64,000 nt of DNA from Phoronis australis (lineage: Eukaryota; Animalia; Phoronida), in assembly GCA_002633005.1 (NCBI GenBank), contig NMRA01000100.1, positions 697,475 to 761,474 of the forward strand, written 5' to 3'. Shown piece after piece: positions 12,501 through 27,500 of this stretch. Below the pieces are notes generated by a model, which saw only the letters and a program-made list of their open reading frames with translations, searched no databases and was not told the origin of the DNA. Numbering within the stretch: position 1 is the stretch's first letter; each line of letters starts with the position of its first letter. The position numbers and the translations under genes were made by a program.

Positions 12501-15500
12501 TTGCATCTCATTCTTTTCATAGTCCATAGTTTTGCCCCTATTACTTGTAAAAAGAGAAGTAAACTGAATAGATCCTTCCAATCTATTAGAAGAGTACAAT
12601 GCACTGTCTTCAGTCCAAATCATGAAATGTTGTCCAGACGCTGTAATGTCACAACCACTTGTTACATTTTATGCCTCAGGTAAATTGTCCAATTATTGTC
12701 TCAGTTGTTCTCTAGTAATTTTCATAGTTCTTTCGATTAACCTTTGCTAAATGAACTGTAATACTTGTGGCCTTAAAGGCATTCAGACTCTTTGTTCATG
12801 CTACATAAAATGTCATCGCATTATTTGCGGTGTTTTGGGTTTTAATTGAAGTGCTTTGGCAATAACTACGCCATGGTTTTTCTTTGAATTTTCACCTTAT
12901 TGCTTACTAAATGTTTTTCCTTTTGAGGATTTGACATTAAAGTATACAGACATGCCAGTACTGTACTAAATAGTACATCTGTTACCTGTGCTACACAGAG
13001 ATGCCTATATTATGAACCCTAGAAAAAATGGCCTAATTTGGCTCCCTGATGGAACTTCTTATCTCAGAAATAGTCTATTGCATTCATGTGAAACTTTCAA
13101 ATGGCAGTTTTTTTAAGTGCTCCACTTTTGTATTAGGGGTTACAAAAATAGAGCTTTGTGATTTCTATGAAAAAATCAAAAGTTGGATGAAACAAAAACA
13201 AATTAATTATATTTTAAAAGCTGTAGCAGCATTTTTGAGATATTATCTTGGACAAAACGAAATTTGGCCATGTCATTGTTGCCATTGTCATGTTATGAAG
13301 GTACTTTTCTTTCTTGCAAAATTTTAATGAAGACATGGTCACATTATCCAAGTACTTGTATTCGGTAGTCAAAAATCAAATTCTACGATACTTTCTACTT
13401 TCAGAAAACACATACTTTCAACCAGTTAAACTCTATAGTTTTGTAAATATTTGGCTAAATGTACAAATGGTGTACTACATTAAACCTTAAAGGATCTATA
13501 AATAATCCTTACTGCATTTTTGGGGATTGGTGAGGAAGTTGTCAGAAAAAATGAGATGGTCCAGGAATATTTGTTAGCTTTTGACATGTCAACAATTGTA
13601 TGATCCAAACTTGGTACTTTCCAATTGCTTTTCCAGTTTGATTTATGTCAGATATCAGACCAATACATTCTTCACTGGACTGAAAACAGAAATGATTGTA
13701 CCGTATATACTTACCATTTTCCAATATTGCAGGCACATGATCCAACTTGTGATAAGATGGCAATGGGTTAGTTGGTGGACAACTTTCACCATAGAAACTT
13801 AATGATTTCGCAGACTTTTTCTTGTTTTGAAAATTCCCATATTTCCATGTACGTGTACTGAAAGCTGGCCATATGCCAAATTCTTATATTTCCATGTAAG
13901 TGAACTGAGAGCTAGCCGTATGCCAAATTCCTATATTTCCATGTAAGTGTACTCAGAGCTAGCCATATGCCAAATTCCTATATTTCCATGTAAGTGTACT
14001 CAGAGCTAGCCATATGCCAAATTCGTTTGAGAAAGACTTAAACGCATAAGTCAGTGCTAGTCATAACATCAAAAAATATCCTACTTAAGCATCTGTACGG
14101 GTAGCAGCTAGTGTATAAGAAATGATGGTGGGAAATAACTACTCCTTCAGTTGAGCAGTAGGGTTCATCACAAGAGACAGGAATATTTCTAGAAGAGACC
14201 ATTTTAATTTATAGTTTCAATCAGAAGTTTTGTCAGGTTTTGGCAGGGTGTGCGGCTAAGTGATTCTCTCCCTAGGCAGCACAGATACTTTCTCCAAAAC
14301 ATGTGACCCTTTCATAAAATAATGTACCTAATCAGATATTCTTAAACTGAAAACTAAGAAAGTGTTTGAAATACTGTTTTGTACACAAAATAGTTTCAGT
14401 GTATTTACAAAAGTCTTATCATGAATGTACATGTTAAGGATGACAGGGTCAAGACTTGTAAAGAACTCTCAGCAATGGAAATAATAAAATTGTGAGGTAC
14501 AATAATACATGTTCACATCATTCTGTACAATGCAGCACTCAGGACTGACTTAATGAAAAACCTTTGAAATCATAGATTTACATACTAAGCGCAACGACAG
14601 TGTGGCACATCTATGCAGCTGTACCACAATAAGAGAGCTTATATACAAATGTTTTTTTTTTTACAAAATCTGTCTTAAGAAGCATTCGTTCACAAGATAA
14701 TTCCAGTGTATTTACAAAAGAAAACATCATAAATGTACATACTAAGGATGAGTGGGTCAACACGTGTAAAGAATTTCAACAGTAAAAGTAATGAAATTGT
14801 GAGTTACAATTATACATGTACACACCATTGATTAAATACATGACACTTGTTGTTAACAGTCTTTATTCTGTTTCGTTTGTATCCTCTGAGCAAAGTTCTA
14901 CGTCAACAGAACATTGGTGAGGCAATTGACCAAGAGAAATGATTAAAAGACACATGGTATTTCGAAACCTACTTTTCTCATTCTTAAGTGGAAATAAAAT
15001 GAGGCAGTAATACCACCACAGAGCATAAGCTGGAGACATACACAGTGGGACTCAACAGGTGTGAAATACTGCAAAGAATGACACGTGACAAATGCACTTA
15101 TCATTTTGTACAAATGCAGCACTCAGGACTGACTTAATGAAAAACCATTCGAGACATACCCGATACTCAAATGCTGGCAATTTAGTTGTACCAAACTACA
15201 AAACATCCAAGGAGTACTTTCTTTGTAGGTGGAGTGATTGCCTATAACAGTTTACCATTAGCTATTAAATCAATTACTGTTAAACGTACATTTAGAAGTA
15301 ACTTAATAACTTATTTATTATCTAATTAACTGTATATCTGCATGCATGTCAAAAATTGTATGTATTAATTAACTTNCTCGACAGGTGTGAAATACTGCAA
15401 CTAGAATGACACGTGACAAATGCACTCATCATTTTGTACAAATGCAGCACTCAGGACGGACTTAATGAAAAACCATTCGAGACATACCCGATACTCAAAT

Positions 15501-18500
15501 GCTGGCAATTTAGTTGTACCAAACTACAAAACATCCAAGGAGTACTTTCTTTGTAGGTGGAGTGATTGCCTATAACAGTTTACCATTAGCTATTAAATCA
15601 ATTACTGTTAAACGTACATTTAGAAGTAACTTAATAACTTATTTATTATCTAATTAACTGTATATCTGCATGCATGTCAAAAATTGTATGTATTAATTAA
15701 CTTACTTATTTATTTCATTTTCATTCATCTGTACATATCATTGTTCATCTTATTTATTTATTTATTTTATTTCAAGGACCATGTGGTAGATAAGTTTTAC
15801 ACTTAACATGTCTTTTATCCTCTATAAATAGAGTTACATATTATTATTAGTATTATTATGATTATGCAAAAAAGAAGAATTTGAGGTGAATGTGTATAGT
15901 ATTGATATTAGATAACAAAGAAATGTTGCACGGTGTATCGAGAACTTAGGTAGCGATTTTAACCCACGTGAGTACAAAAATCACAATTTTCTCACAGGAA
16001 TTCATTATCATTCTGTGCCATTTTTTCATTATGTTAGGCGCTAACAACATAACACTAACTCACGAAAACATGCGAAAGATTTTACTATTACTGTTAGGTA
16101 AACGATGGACTTGAAGCAAAGTAAAATAGTGAGTAAGAATGATTTTGTCTGCAAAACCAGGCCCGTAGCCAGGGGGTTCGATGGGTTCGATCAAACCCCC
16201 CTCCGCGAAGAAGGTACAGCCCCATGCTATCCGTTAAAGATGGGATACAGATGCACAAAAACAAAATTGTTGCAGCTACTGGTACTGCTAACTGCAATGA
16301 TAACCAAGTTAGTTGTAATTTTGAATTTGCTTCTGATTCAATGACCTTCACGTAACCATTGGGCACTACCTGGCCTAAGCTTCACCTGAGTGGCATTTGC
16401 GTATATGACAGGATCGTGCAGACAATTAGAGGAGGCTTTATGTTATTTATCGGCATTGAACACACGTGGTGGTTGCCATGTAGGATAACAAGGAAGTCTA
16501 GAAGTAAATGTCTGTACCCAGCTAAGCTATATATATAGCAGCGAGAGACAGCAGCTCCCAAAAATTAATGCGGTGTTAATTCATTAAAATCTACCATAAG
16601 AAACAATACAGCAGAAAATAGGTGTGTTATCTGATAATGCTTGCTGACATTGGTATGGTAAAGGGCAGGCTTCTTCAAATTTGGAATTGAAAGTGTTCGT
16701 CAAATACAGGTATGTTTTTCATACAGTGTCCACTTCTATTGTGGGTTGGTGGAATGATATGCATGCATGTAAACTTGTGTGCATTTCCGTCCTTTTAAAT
16801 TCAGTAGAAGTCGATGGTAAGTTAGCTGTAGGCAGCCCTCCATCGTTGCTCAAAAATCAGATTTTAATTCTAACTGAGTTTTCTTGCACTGCGAAAACAC
16901 CAATGAGCATGCTCACATTTTTGTGGAAAAGTAGGCCTAGACCCAATAAAAACTTTGGTTAATGAGGATAGACTTCTCTTGTCAATAGTGTCAATGGTGC
17001 ACAACCTCACAGACTTCATACGAGCAACTGATGGAAAAGATTTCCACGGTTAGATGCCACTATTCCAAACATTCGCTACTTCGAAGGTCCACTACCCTCC
17101 GAAGATTCGTGTGACCTTCGAAAGTTCACAACTTCGAATGTCCACAATTCCAAAACCAGAACTCCGACAGTTATTAGTTTTTTCTTAAACATAAGTAAAC
17201 CCCAGGAGTATTTCGCATAAGGTTCCAATTCACACATTCACACTTTCGCACACATTCACTAGTAAAGCCCGAGCTCAGAGGAGTAGCAGACACGTTTCTC
17301 CAAACTTTGCTCGATTGTCAGCCAGTGAAGCCAGGAGGTGAACCCTGAGCTTTCCCAAACAGGAGTCGTAACAGACATGAATAAAGAATCATATTTTGTG
17401 TCCATTTAGTAAGCATTTAAAGGGTGTGCAATAGTTGAATAGTTCTTAGTATATTAATTACATTGTTTATAAATGCGCTCAGTTCCAATCACTGCCAAAC
17501 GTATCATTCTTGAATCTAACTAACGACTCATTCTCAAGCATGGACAACATCCGGGGCACAGGGTCATGCATGGCTGCAATGACCAACAGTTTTAAATTTA
17601 AGAACACTGAATGGGGCTTTGTGACTGTGAAGACAGGCAGGTTCACGGTAGCCTCTAACTACATTTGATTTTGACCCGGCCGTGTGCGTGGTTCTTGTGG
17701 GTGAGGTTCAGGTGCAGTCGTGCTGTGAAATGATGCGACCTTGACATGGATTTGATGAATGGTTGTGGTTGATAATTCATCAATTTTCGCACTCCATATT
17801 TTTAAAAATGCAATAATGTTCTAGTTTTTCTGTGTTGAAAAGACGCGGGTAATTTCGCATGCGCATGAAGTTCGGGCGTTGTTTTCGGTATAGGTACTAT
17901 GTCAAATAACCGAAGTAACATTCATTTTTGCATGTGAAAGTTTAAAAATTACACGAGTTGTAAAAGTTTGATCTGTTTGTAGTATTGGTTATATAACCGA
18001 AAACTTGCTCCCGAAATACAGCCTCTTTTTGTAGTTGTGAACCTTTGCAGTATTGAACCTTTGGAATGCGAACCGAATGCTGTTCCCATTTCCAACGACG
18101 TAAACAACTTCAGTAATATGCAAAAATATAACTATATAAACAATTTCGTCAAGTTTTTCTCAGACAAAACATTTCTGTCCGAGTAGGTGTTATCACTCAT
18201 TTATGCATGTCTGATTTGAAAATTTGGCAGGATGTAACGCCAGAATGTTTTTGACCACATTACATCCAAATTGAGTCTCGTTCTTTGCGAGCAACTGTCA
18301 CGGCATCCTCATCTCTGTTATTACTAATTCCGTATCATCTCAGAAACATAGAGCTGAGAGCCATCGTTGTGTATACAAGTTTCCCTCCCCCCTAATTAAG
18401 CTGCGTCAACTGAGGGCTTTAATGAAAACTCCTCAGTGTCTAGGTTTGCAAAATATCAAAGGTCCACCATTCAAGAAATTGGAACCACCCCCTGTACAAT

Positions 18501-21500
18501 GCTGGCTACGGGCCTGAAAACAAAAACTGTGTTATCCACCACAACACTGCAATGCTGGTACTGTTTCTTTTTAACAATTTAACTCATTGTAGAATTGACT
18601 TGTGATGGGTGAATGGAAAGCAGTAAAACAAAACTGTTAACACAATAATCAGGTTAATGTCATGAATGACTTCTAACACTATCAATTATTATAAGCCTGC
18701 GCTAGGTAAAGCTATTTATTTTGTTGCAATCAATCACAAACATTGTGTAATTGTTGCTCAATACTCAAATTAAAGAATGGTTTAATCTTTGCAAAATAAT
18801 GGAGAAATCATTAACTTTATCACCCACTAATTACACTGGTACCCTGGCAATCGACCATCTTGGCTTTTTACTTTTTATGCGCCCACATATTTATATGTGG
18901 ACGCATTATGCCGTCATCTCTGTCCGTCCGTCTGTCCGTCCGGGCGGCGTCCGTCCGGCGTCTGGCGTCCGGCATCCGCTGCTCTATCTCCAAAACCCTT
19001 TGACATACGTTCATGAAATTTAGCACATATGTTCCATTCATGAATGGGACGGCATGTGCGAACTTTTGGACGGATCCGACTACCGATGTGTCCCCTAGTG
19101 GCAATTTTAGTTTTTTACGCTTACCTTTGTATCTTCAAAAGTCCTGAACGGATTTTCATGAAATTTGGTATGTAGGCACCTATTAGTGAGATGACGCTAT
19201 CCTCCTGTTTTCAGATGGATTCGACATAGTTTGCGCCACCTAGTGGCCATTTTTACTGTTTTCGAGTCTGTATTTTTGCGTCCACCCCTCTATCAACCAA
19301 ACCGCTCAAAGGATGATTGTGAAAATTGGCGTGTATGTGCTTACTATAAGGAAGACAGCTGACAATGATTTTCAGATGATTTGGACTACTGTGGCGCCTC
19401 CTAGTGGTAGTTTTTTTTTTTTTGCGCCCATGGCTGTATCTCCCAAACCGTTTGCAGGATCTTTACTAAATTTAGCAAGTGTATTTATGTGATGTTGACA
19501 ACGGACGATGACGACTTTAGGATGATTCTGACTACCGGTATTCCTCTAGTGGCAATTTTAGTATTTGCCTCTAGTGGCAATTTTCGTATTTTACATTGAC
19601 CTCTGTATTTTCTTCAGGTGTGTACTTTGTGTTACTTCGTGACTATGAAGGAAAAGTTCCAAGTAGAAATTTGTTTCTGGCATTCTAATGCTGTGCTAAT
19701 CTCGTATGTTGGTAAATTTGTTTTTAATTCTATGTTTTTGTGGTGCTTTAAGCAACTGGTGTATAGGATGTGCTTGTATTATGAAGATTACTCACATTTT
19801 GCCCCTACCCTATTGAGGAGACAAGGACCATTCCTTTCCATTTTGCAAAGTACAACATACTACATATATGCCCTCTACTGGCCACTTTATGGTACCAATA
19901 AACAACCCTAGAAGGATACCGTATACGGTGCAATTGTGGGCGCATTTCAACGCTCTGCGTTGCTCTTGTTATTTTTGTTATCCTATGCTATGAACATTTC
20001 ACGTCACAACCATGCCCAAAATCAGCAGAAATAATAAAATCTGACACTCATAGCTCACTGTACTATTGACCAAAGGTCTGGAGAGGCAAATGAGACTGTT
20101 TATTTATGCTGAATCGAAAACTGTAAAACAAAAAACGTAAAATAGAGTATTGGAAGCCATTTTGAAAAAAGCGCTACCTGTGGATCAAAGATGAGACAGC
20201 CACCTACTGCCCATGAGATTACGGAAATGGCCGATAGAAACCAAATTTGCTAACAGAGAACTAAGTGTTACAGAAACGGCCGACAGAAGCTGATATTCAA
20301 AGAAAAGTTGTGGGATGTGCCGAGAATTCTTAATTGGATTAGGCAGTGACTTTAATCGCATGACTAAAAAATCACAGAGTCCTCACAGGGATTAACTGTC
20401 ATTCTGTGCCGATTTTGTAACACTTAACACACCAAAACTAGCAACAGAGTGAACCCAAGCACCCATAAATCGTTGTGCAGTCACGTAAGTAAGACAGTAC
20501 CTCATTGTGTTCGATTTTTGACTCGAAAGAAAGAGCAATCAGTAAAGCAGATATAGTTACTATTTTTGTTTCCTATTGTGTGTTTTAAAACGCAGAACTT
20601 TGCAGTGCACTGGGAAAGTTTTGTTTGTTCGTTGACAGTCTAATCTTGCATAATGAATAATTTGTAAACAAATTCTGCGGGAGTGCCCTCGTAACATCAT
20701 GTATCCTCGAAAGAAAAGGACAACGAAGAGTGCAGGGATTTTCTCTTGACAAAACAACACAAAATGTGACAAAACACAGGCGACAATTGTCGCGAAGCCA
20801 AGTATTCGGCGGCGACAGGCCCGAATTAAGAAGTGTATACACGATGGAAGCTGGTGGGAGTGAAATTAAGCCGACTGACTGACGTCACTCAGACCATTGA
20901 GCCGACGGACTGACATCAAAAAAGCCGGTACGAAACTAGCCACCCTCTCTCCACGTCCTCGAAAAAACGGCCCTTGAGAATAACATAGAACACCTCAAAT
21001 CTAAATAGGGGTCCGGTGCACTACCTGGGACCATTAGGCGGTGCGGAAACGGGCGCAACTAAGCACTGTAGTGGAGCGGGGAAGATGGAGTTCGAGTGAA
21101 CGATGCATTCTATATAATAGATAACGAATTTTATGAGGAATTTATTTACATTTCAGAAAGTATATATTTTGTAGGGGTTACAGGTAACAGAATTTAAGAT
21201 ATTAGCACATAATACAACCTCGTAAACAAGATTCACAGTTACCTTAATGTTTGCTTGTTAAAAATTTTCCTCTAGGAGAGATCTGTTCCTGTGCATATGA
21301 AAATCAATTATTAAGTTGTTGCCAGCCAACTTAACCGTAGTCTGCCAGTTTATTGCACGTTTAATGGGTCAGGAATGTGTGTATTTATCACATACTGGAG
21401 AGGTGCTGGTGACACTTGATTGAAGCATTACTTATTTGTTTCAGCTAAACATAATGAATGTATGTTGAAAAGCTCATGTAATACTACTGGGTTTTTGCCA

Positions 21501-24500
21501 CAAGATTGGCCTTTGAAGTGTTTCAGTTTGTCTCTGCTAATGACACTGTTGAAAAATGAAAGCGCTCCGAGGAGCGAACCTTGGCGAAATTAACCAAAAA
21601 GATGACGATAAAGATGATGACGAAGATGACGAATATGACGACGATGGTGAACAAAAGAAGTATTAGTAACATACACATGACGAACGTAGAAGTCCGAAAT
21701 CAGTAAGAAAAAGGCTACAGTCTTGTGCGACACTTGGCGAAATTAACGGAAAAGACAACGACGGAGATGATGACGAAGATGATGACGATGATGACGAATA
21801 TGATGATGGTGGTGGCGATGATGAACAACATCACAACATTCATATGACGAATTTAGATGTCATAAATCAATAAGAAATAGACTACAGTCTACTTCAATAG
21901 AAGATAAACCAACATCAATGCAGCAAGAGCGCTCAACAAAGGNTCAGAAAGTATATATTTTGTAGGGGTTACAGGTAACAGAATTTAAGATATTAGCACA
22001 TAATACAACCTCGTAAACATGATTCACAGTTACCTTAATGTTTGCTTGTTAAAAATTTTCCTCTAGGAGAGATGTTTCCTGTGCATATGAAAATCAATTA
22101 TTAAGTTGTTGCCAGCCAACTTAACCGTAGTCTGCCAGTTTATTGCACGTTTAATGGGTCAGGAATGTGTGTATTTATCACATACTGGAGACGTGCTGGT
22201 GACACTTGATTGAAGCATTACTTATTTGTTTCAGCTAAACATAATGAATGTATACTGAAAAGCTCATGTAATACTACTGGGTTTTTGCCACAAGATTGGC
22301 CTTTGAAGTGTTTCAGTTTGTCTCTGCTAATGACACTGTTGAAAAATAAATGTGATAGGGGATACTTGTCTGTGACTTTTTTGACAGGGAGGGAGGCTCA
22401 GCTGGAAATCATATCTGCCTATTTAGAGACTGGATTTGAAAAAAGGGACCAATGAAAAAGTCACACTCTTTTGAAGGGTTTTTGTTTAAGAAATGTCCCC
22501 CTTTTATAGAGGTTGATTCCATAACTTTATGCTTATCGCTCTCATAGGGATTGCTGGACAGCTGAATTTTTAACACATTAAGCCTCAGTCATAATGCAGG
22601 AGTATTAATGGCGTGCTGTGGAAAATGAGCAACTTTTTTGGCAAAGGAAGTTTTAAAAATATAGATAATATGAAAGCCCTTCTGTAGTTGGAAAAAGGAA
22701 CCTTTTGTAGAGGTTCGAATTCGAATCGTATTTGGGAACTGTCGGAAAGGCTTTCATAGAGAAACTGATCGGGAAGAAGTTCTCTTGTGAGTAGCACATG
22801 CGTTATTAGCTGTCTTGTAGAGTATCTCCTTGGCCATCATATGATGTTGTATTGTAGAGTACCTCCTTGGCCATCATATGATGTTGTATTGTAGAGTATC
22901 TCCTTGGCCATCATATGATGTTGTATTGTAGAGTACCTCCTTGGCCATCATATGATGTTGTATTGTAGAGTATCTCCTTGGCCATCATATGATGATGTAC
23001 GTACACTACTAGGTAGAACTATGGCAGTCTGTTACTCTTCTGATCCAGCTCACTTAAATATCATTAGGTATCTGACTGTAGTTGTTGCTTTAATAACTCA
23101 GCCACTTGCTGAAGCTATATTTCACTTAAAGTACACTCAGATAAGTAGTGTCAAGTTTGGCCTTCATAGATTGCAGCAAAAATGTTGCCAACTCCACCAT
23201 TGAGAACGCTCATATTGAATTAATTTACCCCAAAAATGAAAGTGCGTTATTTAAAGCTTACACTTTTGAGTTTCTTACACATCAAACTTCCTGTGTGCTT
23301 CTTTTTATCATGAAAACATGCTGTGCTTGGTATTTTCTTTGTTATTGTTTTGTCTTCAACCTATTATCTAGCCAGTGGCCTGGTTGTAATGTTTAATCCA
23401 AGCTCTTGATTTAGTTTTCTCTTTGATTGTGAATGGAGATTGCAAGTGTGAACATAACAAATAACACAGTAAAATGCATATTCCTTGTATTGAACCCACC
23501 TAGTTTGTTGCCTTGAGGCACCTGCTTGAATGTAGAAATGTTCACTACTGGAAAAAATACAATAACTTCCAGTCTGCTTGGGCCTGACCTGACGACCAGT
23601 GACTGTTTGATTTGTTGTTTCCCCGCAGGCATTAGCCAGGTTACAGGAGCAGTACTCGTGTGATGATGCTCTGCTGCCAGAGAACCGGTGCAAGAACGCC
23701 TACCCAGAAGTGCTTCCAGGTCAGTAAGCCGCAGTGGCTCAAGTGGCCATATTGTTAGGGACCATCCATTGACCTTTCACAGATAGCCCAAGACGTGATT
23801 GTTGGATTAGTCTTCCCGAACAACACTGCAGTAGACGTAGATATGTAATCTGAGGAAATCATTTCATTTCGGTGGCACTTTAATCAAGCACGCTTAAGTT
23901 CAGCTTATGATAAATACGAGTAAACAGGTAGCATCGCCTGCCACTTTACCAAACAGACACTTTCTGGATTGGATGACTCATATCTCACACACCTACGATC
24001 TGGGATGCGCACACCTGCATTTTTGATATTCGTAAAAAGGTAGCTGACCAAATCATTCTAAAAAATGATTGCATAGGGACAGATCATTTCTTATACTTTA
24101 AGAATGATGATGGTTCTGTTGCTTTGTTATATATAGCATGCTTGGGGACTACAAGTATGGTATTGCACTATTTTGTTCTTGACCTTTTCATATTAGCGAA
24201 ACATCACAGGTAAGTCAAGACAGCTGGTAAAATAAAAAGGTTGAGAATAATACAGTGGAAAATGTGTTCATTAAAGTATGCTGAATGTGACTGACTGACC
24301 GACATTTTTGACTTGTTTTGCCATGTTTTTCTTCTTATTATTATTGTTATTGTTATTATTATGTGCTTGCAAATATTGTAGATGACAACAACAGAGTTCT
24401 GCTTGAGCCCATTCAAGGCCAACCTGGCTCTGACTACATCAACGCCACCTATATTGATGTAAGAGAGATAATTTTGTTGGAATGCATCAAAGAACTTAGT

Positions 24501-27500
24501 CAAGGGATGAAATGATATGAAACCTTCAGCTTTCTTTACTTGAAATAAATCTGTTTGCAAAAACTGTTAAGCCGCACTTTCAAGTTCATGTTTAAACAAT
24601 TACTCTTCACTTATTGTCAGTGATTGCTCTATTTCAACAATGACGCACTAGTTGTATCATGTCCTAATGACTCTTGACTTGTGTCAGCTGACTGGCAGAG
24701 TTGTAATGAGCTGAACTGGTTTTGAGAAATTTAAATGCTATTCGCAATAACAGTGTTGTGTTGTGTGACATGTTGCCACCCTGTTTTAATATGTGGTCAT
24801 TGTTGTGTGTCATATATCCTTGAATACCTCTTGCTACCAATCACATTTTGCTCTGGTTAGCTGGCTAAAGTTGAAAAGCAACTTATAGACCTTTCCAGTG
24901 TCATGAAGCAGTCTCTTAACTAATATCCCTTAATTTGTTGTGGTAGTATTCTGTTTGCCAGCTCAAGCCAAAGGCAATGTATACATGCGCCAAACCCAAG
25001 AATTTGTGAAGTGTTTTATTGAGTCGTTGGTGGTTCTGATGTTACTTGAATTGGCGATGGAAATAGAATCAGGGTAAAGAATATGCGAGATTGATTTTGT
25101 GGGAGTACAAGGCCTAATCGGATTTGTTTAACTTGTCAAACACTGGTGGACAAAATGCAGCTTTAAATCTTGAAGACATGTTTCATGGATGGGGTCTGTA
25201 ATGAAAATGTAGTTATGGCAATAGTAATGCTGTTTTACAAATTTTGTTTTTTCATATTTCAGGGATATAAGAAAGTTAATGCATATATCGCTACTCAGGG
25301 TATGTATTCCTATTGTACAAAATTGTATTAAACACCCTTTAATTTAGGTCACAGTATAACGGATTAGGGGACTTTCTTTCAATTTTTTGGCAAAAATTAA
25401 CATTCTAGAATAATTTACTTTTAGTAGCATGACTTGCATTGTGTAGCTTCCATGAAACAGAAAGTTGGTAAAATTCTGAGCGGTTTTGGCAACTATGTAT
25501 TTTTATGGGAAATTGAAGAGAAATTACAGGAACTATGCATGAGGGGGACTGAGAACTGGTTCAAAGTGCCTAGTTCTTTAATGGCTTTACTGTCTCTGTG
25601 TTGTTCAGGCTATAGACCATTTATGTGATATCGAGCAAGCAGGATGTTTGTCCCACTAACCTTGGTCTCATGAGGCATATTTTGTGAGACCATCACACTG
25701 GTGTTCCACATGCGAGGTTATGGAACGAGATAGCCATTTTTCCCACTTTTCTGCTTGTTTGTGAAGCCGGAAGTAGTCCATTAGAGCTTCATTATATGCA
25801 TTTCAGTTACCATTATACTAGTTTACTTGCAGGACCAAAACGTTTGATGAGTAAATAAAATAATTTAGTGTTGTTAATGAAAAAAAGGAAGCCCATCCCA
25901 TTTTGTGAAATAAAAAATAGTCTGGGATCACGTCTTTGGTGTATGTCTGTCTGTGGTATCATTTCAAACCTTATTCGCTTATGTTGTGTTCACTATGCTC
26001 TCGTGAAGACACTCTGCGTTTGATAGATAAAGCTAATTCATAATTTTATCTTCTTCAACAACATTGACCTTTTACAGAAACATGAAGTGTTTGTACCATT
26101 CTCTTGAACCCCCTCGTTATTGTGTTATTATCACACTGTCTGTTTGCGTGAACATGAACTGAGCTTGTAGGGGAGATACCATGTCTCAATTACAATTTAG
26201 GATTTCATTATGCAAATTTAAATAGATTGCCACAGCCATATACATATCCCCTGTGAACGTCTTGCGGCCTTTGTTGACAGGACCTAAAACGCAAACCGTC
26301 GTTGACTTCTGGCGTATGGTGTGGCAGGAAGGCGTCCATTGTATCGTCATGGCAACTAATTTATTCGAACATGCCCGGGTAAGCTATTTACGAGTGCTTT
26401 GCTTTGCGTCAGCGTACTGACCATGAAATATATTGTGTAAACATTGAATTGTGTTTAAGTACTTGTAAATATTAGTCCAATAATGACATTGCCATTCACT
26501 GTGCAAGCCGCAGTAATTGTGCTGTCATCAGACATTACTGAATGATTAGATGAACAGACTTCCTGGTCTATGCATGATGTCACATGACTTCCCACCAACC
26601 AACTCTTACTTATTCGCTTTTGTCAAACTTCTGGTTAAGGTTATTTCGAACCTTATGATCTTGTCTGCATTTAGCCAAATATTAACAGGGTATATATTTT
26701 CTGAAATTAGAAAGTCTGTAGAGTTCCATTTTTGACTTTACCAATCTGCTATTAATTAGATCACATGACTGTGTTTTTAAGTAACAACTAGCAAAAAACA
26801 AAGGAACATCCATAGCAAAACAATGGTATCAACAACATGGCCAAATTTCCTTGGATGTATGTGTACACGATGGAATCTCAGAAATACTGTTAGTTTTTTA
26901 AATCATCGTTTCGTTTTCATTTTATTGAGTTTTTTTGTGAAACTCTTAAAAGTCCTATTTTTGATATCCCCTCGTGAAAAATTGAAAAATTTGAAAAACA
27001 TTTCCTAACAGCTTTTTGAAGTACAGTGCATAGAGCATGCTATCTGAAAGTTACAATTTCTGAGACATGATGTTATGAAGTTCGACAAACTTGGCCATTT
27101 TTCTAGGGTCCCACGTAACCTTAAAGTCTCATGCAGTGCTATCTTTGCATGCGTGCACCCAGCCTTTATATGGGCCAAGCACGAATTTCTGACGATGTGG
27201 ACCTTTTGCTGACAAAAAGGCGACAAGACTAAAAAAACTGGGTACCACCTTCAGAGCTGAGAACTGTGAACTGTGCATCTGCGCCTTTGTGGTGAACTTT
27301 GTCTAATTTTCTGAGACTGTTTGTTTCTCTGTGGCGGACCTTTTTGCCCACTTCGCCAGGGGGACTCGTTTAAGCCCCCCCCCCCTGGGTGCGTGCATGC
27401 TTTGACAACTGTTGTTTTGATCAACGTTTGGGTTGTTACCCATTGTATTTGTGGTTTAAGTGAGCATTCTTATGACACATGATTGCGTGATGGATCATAT

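Noticed and set aside
21580-21870. Intact acidic biomineralisation-protein gene
   Set aside because: Interrupted by stops, with no start codon, signal peptide or splice context; kept only as an insertion finding.
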